Assembly: GCA_041586955.1 (NCBI GenBank)
Contig: JBFGZE010000033.1
Coordinates: forward strand, 1-30,240
DNA length: 30,240 bases
Direction of reading: 5' to 3'
Source: Bacteriovoracaceae bacterium
GTDB lineage: Bacteria > Bdellovibrionota > Bacteriovoracia > Bacteriovoracales > Bacteriovoracaceae
Shown: in pieces, positions 1 through 9,425 of the stretch
Numbering within the stretch: the stretch's first letter is position 1
Layout: every line of letters begins with the position of its first letter
Notes under the pieces: model-generated
What the model saw: only the letters and a program-made list of their open reading frames with translations
Told to the model about the DNA's origin: nothing
The model's database searches: none
Program-made: the position numbers and the translations under genes

Positions 1-1
1 G

Positions 2-3000
2 CGAATACAAAACGGTGGTGCTGTTAGCCTATTTAATGATCTCGCCGATGTTGATACAGTGAGCTCCACTCCCACTGATGGACAAATGCTAATCTTTAAA
101 ACCGGTAGCGGCAATTGGGAACCATCTGGTGCCATCACCACTAACACCGCAAACAATAATGTTACTTTTTCCAATGATGTCATCATTTCCGGGACAGGGC
201 TCTCCGTCAATGGGACTGATGTTTGCTTATCAGATGGCAGCAATTGCCCGGCCTTCTCCACCGGAATAAACAACGGAGCTGGAGATATTACTTTAAATGC
301 CTCTACGGGCAGCGATGATATTCTTCTCCAAATAGGATCGACCACTCAGGCCAAAGTTGATGATAGCGGAAATTTTGGTATTGGCGCCACCAACGCCACT
401 CCCGCCACTGCCCTACATGTGAAAAAAGACGATGCCAACCTCATCACCATCGACCGCACCGATAACGCTTCGATCAGCAATAAATTTCAAATAGGGTCGG
501 CCGATAATGGCAGTGCCGATATTTTAACCATCGGCTCTGATACCACCGCTAACTCTCTCTCTATAGATGAAAATGGCAATGTGGGCATTGGAACAAATTC
601 TCCCTCTCATCTATTTACTATCGAAAAAAATCAACCCGCCGTGACATCGGGAATGATAAAAAATACCAATGCTAGCGGAAGGGCCTTACTTGAATTTGAA
701 AATGATTTAGGCCAGGGTTTTGTAGGGATGGCGGGCAGCACAGATACTCTCAATTCTTCACGTTTTCAAAATCGACTAGTCTTATCGAGTAATGCTGTCG
801 CCTTTTCGGCAGGTACTGAGAATTTTATTTGGTTTAACAAAGGTTATAGTAGCTCTGGTTATGAGTCGATGAGACTAGAACGAGCTGCAGGCGATGGAGA
901 TTCTCGTTTGGGAATCGGCACTGGTTATAATGCCACCGACTCTGGTGACTTTAATAATTATATTCCCCCCTATAATTTAACTTTAGGGGCCTATAGTAAT
1001 ACAAATAGAAGCATAGGGGTTGAAAGACAAGTGCATCCCTCAATCTTTGGCGGTCGCTCGTTGACCATTAATGCTGGAGGAGCTGCTGACGGGGAAAGTG
1101 ATATTAATGGTGGGGATCTCATCCTCGCCTCTGGGACCGCCACAGGGACAGGAACTTCTGGGATTCAATTTCAAACTGCCACCGCTCAAGGGGCGACAAA
1201 TACCACGGATAATGCTCCCACGACTAAAATGACCATTACAGGCGCAGGAAAAATTGGCCTTGGCATAACGACCCCCGACGCCAGTACAATATTCCATTCC
1301 CAAAACGACGGCAAAGGCTACATCCGATCCGATGTCTATCGTGAACATGTATACGGTGGAGGACTTGATATTCGCCATGCCCGAGGGACAATTGCCGCTC
1401 CCATAAAACTTAACCAAAATGATATGATGTCAGTTCTTTATGCCCGTGGCTATGATGGCAGTACCTTTATCGAAGGATCCTATATCGCTTCAGTTGTCGA
1501 TAATGTCCCTTCAGCTGGGTCATTAGCGGGAAGATTAGACTTTGCCACCAGGCAGGCCGGATGGGGATTTTCTGATGTTAAAATGACAATAAAATCAGAG
1601 GGCAATATTGGGATCGGTACGCAAACGCCAGATGTTCGAACCGTAATTACGAAGGGTGCACTCTGCGTCTCGAGCGATGCCAATTGTGATGGCAATAATG
1701 ATAATGAAGGTGAAATACACGCGGAAAAAATCTGTGATGAGACCGGGACCAATTGCCAAGATATTTCCGCTGGCTGGGGCGGTACCGGTGATTTGATGAG
1801 CGATGGCACTATAACAATGACAGCTCCATTAAAGCATGCCGACGGGACTGCTGCACTTCCCTCTTTAACTTTTGGCACAGACTTAGACACCGGTATTTTT
1901 TCTGATGCTGGAGATGAATTAAACTTTTCTACTAATGGGGTGGAAAGAATGACAATAAGTAGTAACGGTACTCTTGGGCTAGGAGCGCCTTCGCCCACCT
2001 ACTCCTTAGATATATTACAGGACAATTACCAACAAATAAGATCGATCCGCGATAATTCAACGGGGACGGCCGTATGGTCCAATGATCTCTACTCAACAAC
2101 AAGTTTTGGCCCAACATTTCAAACCCAACTTGCAAGAGGATCTATTGCCTCACCACTTGCCATTACAACTGGCACTCACTTCCTGCAATTAGTCGGAAAA
2201 GGCCATGACGGGACGGCCTTCCAACAATCCGCACAAATCTATATGACCTCCTCTGAGAATTGGACTTCTGGTGCGACAGGCTCAAAACTAGGTTTTTACA
2301 CCACTGCCAATGGTAGTAGTTCGCCTAGTGAAAATCTGACCATTTTAGATAACGGGAATGTCGGTATCGGAGTAACGACCCCAACAGAAGAATTAGATGT
2401 CGCCGGCGATATCAAGGCAACCACCGTAACAACCTCCAATAATATCTATGCGAGCGCTACCGTCTATGGCCAGGCCGGAATTCGAGATTTAAGTGATAAC
2501 GGGACAGGATTTTTATTTCCGGTAAATGGTCAAGTTTCCATTGATATCAGTGGCAGTGAGGCCCTTAGAATTGACCCTTCTAGGAATGTGGGGATTGGGA
2601 TTAGCGCGCCAGAAGAAAATCTCCATATCCAAGGAGATGGCACCACAGGCATCAATGATATTATGATCCTTGGTACATTAGGCAATAGCGGAAATGGCAG
2701 AGGAACCGGTTTATTATTTAAAACTCCAGGTGCTGCATCCAGCGTCAAAGGCGCCCGTATTGCAGCAGAAGGAGATGGGGGTGTTGCCCTCTCCTTTCAT
2801 ACCTCCCCGGATTATCTTGATACCGACCCGACAGAAAAAGTAAGGATCTCTTCTTCTGGCGATATGGGAATAGGAACCACTTCGCCCGGATCAAAACTTC
2901 ATGTCGATGGTGGTGGCATTTGTGTGACCGATGATAATTCATGTGATGTCTTGCCAGGTGCCGGAGGAATATCCTCGAAAACAGCGGCGGTCACCGGCGC

Positions 3001-3484
3001 AGACTACGCCGAATATTTTGAGGCCCAAGAAAAAATGCGACCCGGCGATGTCGTAGGGCTTGATCCTCAAAGTGGTAAGGCCAAACTCTATCAACCGGGT
3101 GATCAATTATTAGGAATTATTTCCACGGCACCAGGAATTGTAGGGAATTCCACCTTAAATAATGATAATGCCGTCCTTGTGGCGCTCTTAGGCCAGGTAC
3201 CAGTTAACTCAGAACAAATTCAGATGGACAATGGACTTGTTAAAACCCTGGATCAAAAGGTAATAGGTTTTCAACTGGCCTCTGGTGATGTTTATTTAAA
3301 TATTAGCACCAGCTCAGAGAGCTTGATCAAAGAAATTTCTCATCTAAAGCAGAAGGCCTTAAAACAATCAGAGCTGATAGGCCAACAAGAAAAAGAAATG
3401 GCCAGACTTGAACACCGACTAAAGGAACAGGAAAAAAAGTTCTCCGATGAAATTCACAAAATCAAATCTATCCTAGGTTTATAA
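2..3484 (+). CDS. Giant mosaic fibre/adhesin protein (phage tail-fibre-like) with C-terminal Peptidase_G2-like intramolecular chaperone and coiled coil; 5'-truncated by the window edge
   Basis: The frame is open from nt 2 (RIQNGGAVSLFNDLADVDTVSSTPTDGQMLIF...), so GTG59 is probably not the real start. G/S/T/N-rich, with many GN(V/I/F)GIG(T/V/I) repeats and four C-x6-C motifs. C-terminal GADYAEYF...PGDVV...LGIISTAPG...VALLGQVPV followed by a K/E/Q heptad coil. Confidence 0.8.
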   Translation, partial: RIQNGGAVSLFNDLADVDTVSSTPTDGQMLIFKTGSGNWEPSGAITTNTANNNVTFSNDVIISGTGLSVNGTDVCLSDGSNCPAFSTGINNGAGDITLNASTGSDDILLQIGSTTQAKVDDSGNFGIGATNATPATALHVKKDDANLITIDRTDNASISNKFQIGSADNGSADILTIGSDTTANSLSIDENGNVGIGTNSPSHLFTIEKNQPAVTSGMIKNTNASGRALLEFENDLGQGFVGMAGSTDTLNSSRFQNRLVLSSNAVAFSAGTENFIWFNKGYSSSGYESMRLERAAGDGDSRLGIGTGYNATDSGDFNNYIPPYNLTLGAYSNTNRSIGVERQVHPSIFGGRSLTINAGGAADGESDINGGDLILASGTATGTGTSGIQFQTATAQGATNTTDNAPTTKMTITGAGKIGLGITTPDASTIFHSQNDGKGYIRSDVYREHVYGGGLDIRHARGTIAAPIKLNQNDMMSVLYARGYDGSTFIEGSYIASVVDNVPSAGSLAGRLDFATRQAGWGFSDVKMTIKSEGNIGIGTQTPDVRTVITKGALCVSSDANCDGNNDNEGEIHAEKICDETGTNCQDISAGWGGTGDLMSDGTITMTAPLKHADGTAALPSLTFGTDLDTGIFSDAGDELNFSTNGVERMTISSNGTLGLGAPSPTYSLDILQDNYQQIRSIRDNSTGTAVWSNDLYSTTSFGPTFQTQLARGSIASPLAITTGTHFLQLVGKGHDGTAFQQSAQIYMTSSENWTSGATGSKLGFYTTANGSSSPSENLTILDNGNVGIGVTTPTEELDVAGDIKATTVTTSNNIYASATVYGQAGIRDLSDNGTGFLFPVNGQVSIDISGSEALRIDPSRNVGIGISAPEENLHIQGDGTTGINDIMILGTLGNSGNGRGTGLLFKTPGAASSVKGARIAAEGDGGVALSFHTSPDYLDTDPTEKVRISSSGDMGIGTTSPGSKLHVDGGGICVTDDNSCDVLPGAGGISSKTAAVTGADYAEYFEAQEKMRPGDVVGLDPQSGKAKLYQPGDQLLGIISTAPGIVGNSTLNNDNAVLVALLGQVPVNSEQIQMDNGLVKTLDQKVIGFQLASGDVYLNISTSSESLIKEISHLKQKALKQSELIGQQEKEMARLEHRLKEQEKKFSDEIHKIKSILGL

Positions 3485-3610
3485 GAATGCACGCCAATAC
3501 GAGGAAATTCTTCAGCAAAGAAACCTTTGCAAAGTATTTTCGTTCGCCTTATAGCGGCCTTTAATGACAATAAAATCACTTAAATTAAAATACTTAAACT
3601 AAAGAGTGAG

Positions 3611-3640
3611 TTGATAGGGTTTTAAGGAAAATGCTATACT
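3611..3640 (+). promoter_or_regulatory. Candidate sigma70 promoter for the sugar-binding protein gene
   Basis: TTGATA (3611-3616), 18-nt spacer, extended -10 TG-C-TATACT (3632-3640), 42 nt upstream of ATG3683. Confidence 0.4.
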
Positions 3641-3682
3641 CAAACTCGATTTCATTTAAGGGTTTTAAGTCTAGGACCTTAT

Positions 3683-4624
3683 ATGAGTGCCATATTTTTA
3701 ACCTTTTTAGCGCTCTTTTTTATTCATCCCCAGGGCGAACCGCTTCACCCTGAAATTTTGGTAGTGCCCAAGGGAGAGGTGCTAAAATTTTGGAAAGCAA
3801 TCAAGGCCAGAGCCAAAAATACCTCTTATCAATTAAATACTCCCATCATTTGGCGCGGCCCGATTGATGAGAGTAATACTGAAACCCAAATAAAAATTGT
3901 CAATCACTATATTCATTCCCCTATCAAAGTGCTAGTCCTTGCTCCTAGTCACTCCAAATTACTAATCGAACCTGTCACAAAATTCATCGAACAAGGTAAA
4001 AAGGTTGTCATTTTTGATTCTGATTTAGATGAAAAAGTATACCATTCCTTTGTAGGTACAGATAATCTCAAGGCCGGATATAAAATAGGCCAATACTTTG
4101 CCAGTCAAATGCCCAAAAACGGAAAAGTCATGATCATCCATCATAATAAAAATAATTCATCTACCAAAAAACGAATCCTAGGGTTTATTAAGGCGCTAAA
4201 AGACTCTCCAAAAAATCTTATTATCATTTCGGAGGTTCAAGCAGGACAGAGTGTCGGAAAACCATTTCACCTCACTTTAGAAAATTTAAAAACTAGACCC
4301 CAAATTAAAGGGATTTTTGCTCCTAATGAATCGACATTAGAGGGTGCCGCACTGGCGTTCGAAAAGGCCGACCGTAAAGATATCATTCTCATGGGTTTTG
4401 ACATTAATCAAACTATCTATCAAGCATTCCTTAATGATTATATCAAAGCTATTCTTTTACAAGATCCTGAAGGCCTAGGCCATCAAGCGGTGACCCAGGC
4501 CATTCATTTATTAAAAAATAAACCCATAGAAAAATATATTTATACAAAACGAATTTTGCTGACCAGAAAAAATTTTCACCTAGCGGAGAAGCACCGCTTA
4601 TTAGGTTATTTTATCAACCATTAA
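3683..4624 (+). CDS. Periplasmic sugar-binding protein (RbsB/Peripla_BP_4 type)
   Basis: N-terminal hydrophobic segment; motifs VVPKG..FWKAI, VLAPS, VVIFDSDL, FVGTDNLKAG, R..GF, GIFAPNE, MGFD, LLQDP..LG typical of type I periplasmic binding proteins. Confidence 0.85.
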   Translation: MSAIFLTFLALFFIHPQGEPLHPEILVVPKGEVLKFWKAIKARAKNTSYQLNTPIIWRGPIDESNTETQIKIVNHYIHSPIKVLVLAPSHSKLLIEPVTKFIEQGKKVVIFDSDLDEKVYHSFVGTDNLKAGYKIGQYFASQMPKNGKVMIIHHNKNNSSTKKRILGFIKALKDSPKNLIIISEVQAGQSVGKPFHLTLENLKTRPQIKGIFAPNESTLEGAALAFEKADRKDIILMGFDINQTIYQAFLNDYIKAILLQDPEGLGHQAVTQAIHLLKNKPIEKYIYTKRILLTRKNFHLAEKHRLLGYFINH

Positions 4625-4652
4625 ATTAAAGACCTCGTCAGAGGCCTTTAAT
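4625..4652. terminator. Probable bidirectional intrinsic terminator between convergent genes
   Basis: ATTAAAGACCTC-GTCA-GAGGCCTTTAAT: 12-bp stem with one mismatch (G-U wobble on the minus strand), A/T-rich flanks, between the stops at 4624 and 4668. Confidence 0.7.
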
Positions 4653-4667
4653 ATTAAACAATTGAGC

Positions 4668-6455
4668 TTAAGCATTTGTGCTCGTTCCAATCTTTTTCAT
4701 ACGATTTTCCAAATCAGCGCCTGTACGCAAGATCAGGTGAATCGGACAATTGGCCAATTCAAAATGCCGGCGGATACCGTTTTTTAAATAACGCTTATAA
4801 TGGTCTGGAATCCCCTTTGAACGATTGGAAAAAAGAAGAAAGGTTGGTGGCCCAGATTTAATCATGGATGCATACTTCACTTTAAATCTTTTACTCCCAC
4901 CGCCTTTAGCGACAATAGGATTGCGGTCAATCATTTCATATATGAGGCGATTAACTTCACCTGTTGGAAGAGCGCGCTTACGTGAGAGAAGTGTTCTTTT
5001 AATCGACTCTCTTAAAGGTTTAAGCCCTTTCCCCATTTTAGCGCTGATCGGAATAATATCGCAATAATCTAACCAAGGAATATCTCGCCTTAAATCATCA
5101 ACCCATTTTTTTCTTTCTTTATCATTTTTAAAGTCTTTATTTTTTAAGTCCATTTTGTTGAGAACAAGAATGACTGACTTCCCTTTCTCAAGCGCAATAT
5201 CCACCAGACGGCGGTCTTGATGGCCAATACCTTTCGTCGCATCTGCCAAAAGCAGAACCACGTCAGATTCAGTAATACAACGCAAAGAGCGGTAAACCGA
5301 ATGGGTTTCAATAAAATCCTTGGTTGAACTTTTACGGCGAATCCCGGCCGTGTCGATGAAGTGTAATGAGCGCCAATAATTACCGGCGGACTTTTCCTCT
5401 TCGTTAGGAGCTGTTGCTATCGTCTCCTGGTCGTCATCATTTTCATCATTATCCAGAGAAAAGGCCTGTTCCATTAGACGATTATCATTTGTCTGTTGAT
5501 CATCTTCAAGGCCTGCCCCTGCATCATGCTCATCAATTTCCCAGTCCAAATCCTCTTGTGCATCACCAAGAAATTCTTGCTGATTTCGCATTTCATTAAA
5601 GAGATCGGGATTATTTTTTCGGAAATCATCATATTGTTGGAATAAAATTTGATCATGCCGGTAGGATTGACCCTTGGCCTTTTCAAAAATTTCAGAATCA
5701 GGTCCGAAATAAAAATCAACATAGCCTTCTATCGGATCAACAGTGGTACCAGCAATATTACTAACGAGCGCTCGCTCCGCTCCCAACAATTCATTGAGAA
5801 GAGTTGACTTCCCAGCATTAGGAGCACCAATCAAGGCCAACTTACCAACAACATCACTGCGTGGAGTGACGCCTTTAGAAAGCCCAGGTCCGGCCTCATT
5901 GCGGTTATTAAAGGCCAGGATTTCTCGATGCAATTCTTCTCTTAAAGTGGTGATCCCCACACCATGAGCAGCAGAGGTTAAAAACATCTGATTCTCATTA
6001 ATACCGAGACCCCAAAACTCAGCTTCATCCCCTCTTTGTTTTTCGGTATCAAATTTATTGACCACCACCCAAAAAGGCTTTTTGGCAGACCTGAGATACT
6101 CCATTATGGAATAATCAAATGGCAAAATCCCTTCACGAACATCAACGGTGAAAAGTACTAAGTCACTTTCGGCGATTGCCATATGGGCATGGCCAATCAT
6201 TTCATTGAAAAAGCTTTTCCCCTGATCCTCGACTTTTTGCGGGTAAAAGCCTCCGGTATCCACTAGGATACAGCTCGTAACAGGCTCATTGGCCAATTCA
6301 TCAATTTTGGCCAGGCCATAATGACGATCACGAGTGACGCCAGGAACATTATGAGTCAAGGCCTTATTTTGTTTTCTCATTAAGCAATTAAATACTGAAC
6401 TTTTCCCAACATTGGGTCGACCAATGAGAGAAATGACCATATGTCTATTGACCAT
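4668..6455 (-). CDS. der: Ribosome biogenesis double GTPase Der (EngA) with a large acidic insertion in GD2
   Basis: GD1: GRPNVGKSS, GVTRD, DTGG, NKFD. GD2: GAPNAGKST, GTTVD, DTAG, NKMD. KH-like C-terminus PPTFLLF...Y.RYL.N.IR..F...PI.L. Start moved to ATG6455 (MVNRH), preceded by AAAAGGGGGGA and just downstream of the era stop. Confidence 0.95.
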   Translation of the reverse strand: MVNRHMVISLIGRPNVGKSSVFNCLMRKQNKALTHNVPGVTRDRHYGLAKIDELANEPVTSCILVDTGGFYPQKVEDQGKSFFNEMIGHAHMAIAESDLVLFTVDVREGILPFDYSIMEYLRSAKKPFWVVVNKFDTEKQRGDEAEFWGLGINENQMFLTSAAHGVGITTLREELHREILAFNNRNEAGPGLSKGVTPRSDVVGKLALIGAPNAGKSTLLNELLGAERALVSNIAGTTVDPIEGYVDFYFGPDSEIFEKAKGQSYRHDQILFQQYDDFRKNNPDLFNEMRNQQEFLGDAQEDLDWEIDEHDAGAGLEDDQQTNDNRLMEQAFSLDNDENDDDQETIATAPNEEEKSAGNYWRSLHFIDTAGIRRKSSTKDFIETHSVYRSLRCITESDVVLLLADATKGIGHQDRRLVDIALEKGKSVILVLNKMDLKNKDFKNDKERKKWVDDLRRDIPWLDYCDIIPISAKMGKGLKPLRESIKRTLLSRKRALPTGEVNRLIYEMIDRNPIVAKGGGSKRFKVKYASMIKSGPPTFLLFSNRSKGIPDHYKRYLKNGIRRHFELANCPIHLILRTGADLENRMKKIGTSTNA

Positions 6456-6468
6456 CTGGTCCCCCCTT

Positions 6469-7440
6469 TTATCGTGAACGCCAAACACGATTCGAATTTG
6501 TCGCTCGTGGTAGGCCTATTTCTTCTAATACAAAATTATTCTTAAACCATTTAGGAGAAACTTTAACGTGCAAATTCAAATGCACATCGCGTCCCACTAA
6601 GGCCTCAATCTTACGGCGAGACCGTGTTCCTATTTCTTTAATCATGGAACCTTTAGATCCAACCACGATGGCCCGTTGACTAGGACGGTTGACCAAGATA
6701 GAAGCAGATATTTTTGAACAATATTCGCCTTCTTTTTTTGGATTTTCGCTATCGGTAAACTCTTCAAGAACAACAGCAATCTCATAAGGTATTTCATCTT
6801 TTAATAATTCAAAGGCCTGTTCACGTATATATTCTGTGGCAAAAAAACGCTCACTCTTATTAGAAATTTCGCCATTAGGGTAACGATGCCTTTTATTTGG
6901 GGCCTCATCACAAAGAGCACCCGTCAGCTCATGGACTAAGTCACCTGTCTTTGATGACACCACAAAGTAACGCTCAATTGAAGGAAAAATCTCCTTTGCC
7001 GTAACCATCACTTCATCTAAAGGTAAGTCGACAGCATTTTCCACCATATCAGATTTAGAAAAGACCAACCACGTTTTCGACAATTCACCTTCAAACTGCT
7101 CTTTAAAGTTCATTAATTGAGGAACAATATCACGCGCTAAATTGATTAATAATAAATTTAAATCCGCGCCGACAGCTCCTTCTCGTGCTTGTTCGTTAAG
7201 ACGCTTGTTAAATTCTTGATTCGAGCGATGAAGCCCTGGAGTATCAACGAGAATAATTTCGGTGCGATCAATACTCAAAACGCAATGGATCTTATTACGT
7301 GTGGTTTGTGGCCGATGGGTCACAACAGTTAGATCTGTTCCCAAAAGATAATTCACAAGAGAGCTTTTTCCCACATTGGGTGCACCTAACACAGAAACGG
7401 TAATGGAGCGATTATGTGGGTGTTGGTCTTCAATTAACAT
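6469..7440 (-). CDS. era: GTPase Era
   Basis: GAPNVGKSS, PQTTRN, DTPG, SKSD (G4 variant), EIPYEIAV, KH domain IVVGSKGSMIKEIG, LHVKV..KW; located between rnc and der. Confidence 0.95.
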   Translation of the reverse strand: MLIEDQHPHNRSITVSVLGAPNVGKSSLVNYLLGTDLTVVTHRPQTTRNKIHCVLSIDRTEIILVDTPGLHRSNQEFNKRLNEQAREGAVGADLNLLLINLARDIVPQLMNFKEQFEGELSKTWLVFSKSDMVENAVDLPLDEVMVTAKEIFPSIERYFVVSSKTGDLVHELTGALCDEAPNKRHRYPNGEISNKSERFFATEYIREQAFELLKDEIPYEIAVVLEEFTDSENPKKEGEYCSKISASILVNRPSQRAIVVGSKGSMIKEIGTRSRRKIEALVGRDVHLNLHVKVSPKWFKNNFVLEEIGLPRATNSNRVWRSR

Positions 7441-7492
7441 AAATAAATCCTCGTCTACTAAATAAAGTTAATGGCATTCTTGTTTCAAATAT

Positions 7493-8314
7493 TTATTTGT
7501 AATCTATCTTTAATTCTTTAACGGCGTTGCTTGCCAATTCTTTTTGTAGGCCCTTTTTAGAATTCCCCTCTAGGCTATTGCTATAATCAGGGCCCACTTT
7601 GAGGGTCACTTTAAAGTGACCTTGGTCGATTTCCTGACATTCATAAATCGGCATACTTTTAAATTGACTGACGCACCATTCTTGCAAACGGCCTTTTTGG
7701 TCAACGGTTTGCAAATGGGAAAGGGAATAAAAAGAAGATCCTGAATATTCCTCATAAAGATGGATAGAGCGCTTGATAAATTTTCCTGCGAGCTCAGCAC
7801 TACCTTCCAATAAAAGGGCGCCTAATAAGGCTTCGTAGGTATCACTAATCAATGAATCCCATTTTGAGGAATCCAACTGAAGCACGCCCTTACCCACCAG
7901 GATAAGCTCATCTAGGTGACATAATCGCCCTAATAAGGAGAGCATTTGAGAATTAACCAAGGCCGAGCGTAAACGGCTTAACTCCCCTTCTGGTAAAGTA
8001 GGAAATTGCTGAAAAAGTACTTGGGAGATGTGTAATTGTAAAATGGAATCACCTAAAAACTCAAGGCGTTCGTTAGAGGCAAGGCCCAAATTTGGAGCTT
8101 CGTGTAAGGCCGATCGATGAGAAAAGACCATTAATAGCAATTCGGGATCTTTAAAGGTATAGTTTAGCAGAGAATTAAACGGACTTTTTTCGATCACTTG
8201 AAGGAAATCCTGGATAAGCTCTTCCCTATTGGAAGTCTTATACCACTTCATCAATGCCCAAGATATATTATCCTCTTGGGAAGTCTTCAAGGTCGTCTGG
8301 TCCATATCACTCAC
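7493..8314 (-). CDS. rnc: Ribonuclease III
   Basis: Signature NERLEFLGDSIL, EGELSRLRSALV, SDTYEALLGA, C-terminal dsRBD (KGRLQEW...P.Y...G.SKK); upstream of era. Start is GTG8314 or ATG8305. Confidence 0.93.
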   Translation of the reverse strand: MSDMDQTTLKTSQEDNISWALMKWYKTSNREELIQDFLQVIEKSPFNSLLNYTFKDPELLLMVFSHRSALHEAPNLGLASNERLEFLGDSILQLHISQVLFQQFPTLPEGELSRLRSALVNSQMLSLLGRLCHLDELILVGKGVLQLDSSKWDSLISDTYEALLGALLLEGSAELAGKFIKRSIHLYEEYSGSSFYSLSHLQTVDQKGRLQEWCVSQFKSMPIYECQEIDQGHFKVTLKVGPDYSNSLEGNSKKGLQKELASNAVKELKIDYK

Positions 8315-8403
8315 TACTATTCAAATGTTGGGCAAAAACTAACAGAAAACCTCGCCCAATGCAAGACAGGTGGCCAGGCCGTGAAAAAAAAGGGGATCTT
8401 TGT

Positions 8404-9351
8404 ATGACTATTAGACAGGAAGGCGAACAGGCACTCCTTCGTTGGGAAAAACAATTCATTGACCGCCTGAAGGCCCGAGGCCTTAGCCTCAATACCGTCA
8501 AGAACTACCAAACGGACCTAAGCTGCTTTAAACAATTCTTATTGAGTGAGCAAGATCACTTAGATATGAGTGATTTCGGCACCCCGCAGATTAAGATCTA
8601 TGGTGAATACCTGGATAACCGCTATAAATCAGATAACTCCCGTCGCCGTCGGGTGCAAACCCTGCGCTTGTTTTTTGACTTCTTGGTGGAAGAACAGGCA
8701 TTTAGCAAAAATCCTGTGAGGGAGATCCCCACTAGTCCTAAATTCCTCGACGTTCCTAGGCCCACTCCTTTTGGCGACCTGAGAGTGGCGTGGAATTTCT
8801 TTAATAAACAGGTAGCAGAGGAAACAGGTCTTGCCCAACTCATTGCCCGCCGCAATCAAGTTATTTTCATTCTTATTTATGGTAGTGGACTCAAAGTCTC
8901 TGATCTCGCCAAGTTGAAGGCCGAGCATATTTTCTTTAACCGGGAAAATCGTGTTATGGTTGCCCCTAATAAAAAAGACCCCTATACCATTCCTCTTCTT
9001 CCGGGCTTTGATGATGTCTACCTGCCCTACCGGGAGGCCTTAGACAAACAAAAACTAAGAGACAAAGTGGAGTTTGATTCACCCTTCTTCAATGCCAACC
9101 CCTACCGGATTCTTTCAGGAGGACTCTCCCCTCGTGGCCTAGAGTTGGTTTTTGAGGATTATCGTAAACAATTAAATATCCAATTGACCCCAAAATCTCT
9201 CCGCCAGGCCTGCATTTTCCGTTGGCTCCACGAAAATAATCCCGATGGGCTAATTCGAGAGTGGCTTGGGGTTTCTCCGAGCTATGATCTTGGTCTTTAT
9301 AAAAAACACCAAAACCTGTTCATCTATAAGGGAGATTTACGAGAAAACTAA
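8404..9351 (+). CDS. XerC/XerD-like tyrosine recombinase family protein with degenerate catalytic residues
   Basis: N-terminal SAM-like domain (GLSLNTVKNYQTDL...LRLFFDFL...NP). Catalytic-domain boxes LIYGSGLKVSDL, LTPKSLRQ and IREWLGV...LY. Start moved to ATG8404 after AAGGGGA; the 8254 start would overlap rnc. Confidence 0.8.
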   Translation: MTIRQEGEQALLRWEKQFIDRLKARGLSLNTVKNYQTDLSCFKQFLLSEQDHLDMSDFGTPQIKIYGEYLDNRYKSDNSRRRRVQTLRLFFDFLVEEQAFSKNPVREIPTSPKFLDVPRPTPFGDLRVAWNFFNKQVAEETGLAQLIARRNQVIFILIYGSGLKVSDLAKLKAEHIFFNRENRVMVAPNKKDPYTIPLLPGFDDVYLPYREALDKQKLRDKVEFDSPFFNANPYRILSGGLSPRGLELVFEDYRKQLNIQLTPKSLRQACIFRWLHENNPDGLIREWLGVSPSYDLGLYKKHQNLFIYKGDLREN

Positions 9352-9425
9352 ATTTATTGACTGTATTATTTTTTTCTCTCCCTGATCATTTTCGATTAAA
9401 ATGAAAGATCAGGAGGCACAGTTTT

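Noticed and set aside
1040..2942. Minus-strand ORFs inside the fibre gene (1040-1417, 1480-1998, 1932-2135, 2530-2748, 2745-2942)
   Set aside because: Antisense shadows of a low-complexity gene, with no recognisable motifs.
5355..5735. Der insertion as an intein
   Set aside because: No N-terminal Cys/Ser block, no His-Asn followed by Cys/Ser/Thr, and low-complexity acidic composition.
8404..9351. Tyrosine recombinase as a prophage or island integrase
   Set aside because: No tRNA, att-like direct repeats, phage or mobility genes nearby; it abuts core genes and the active site is degenerate.
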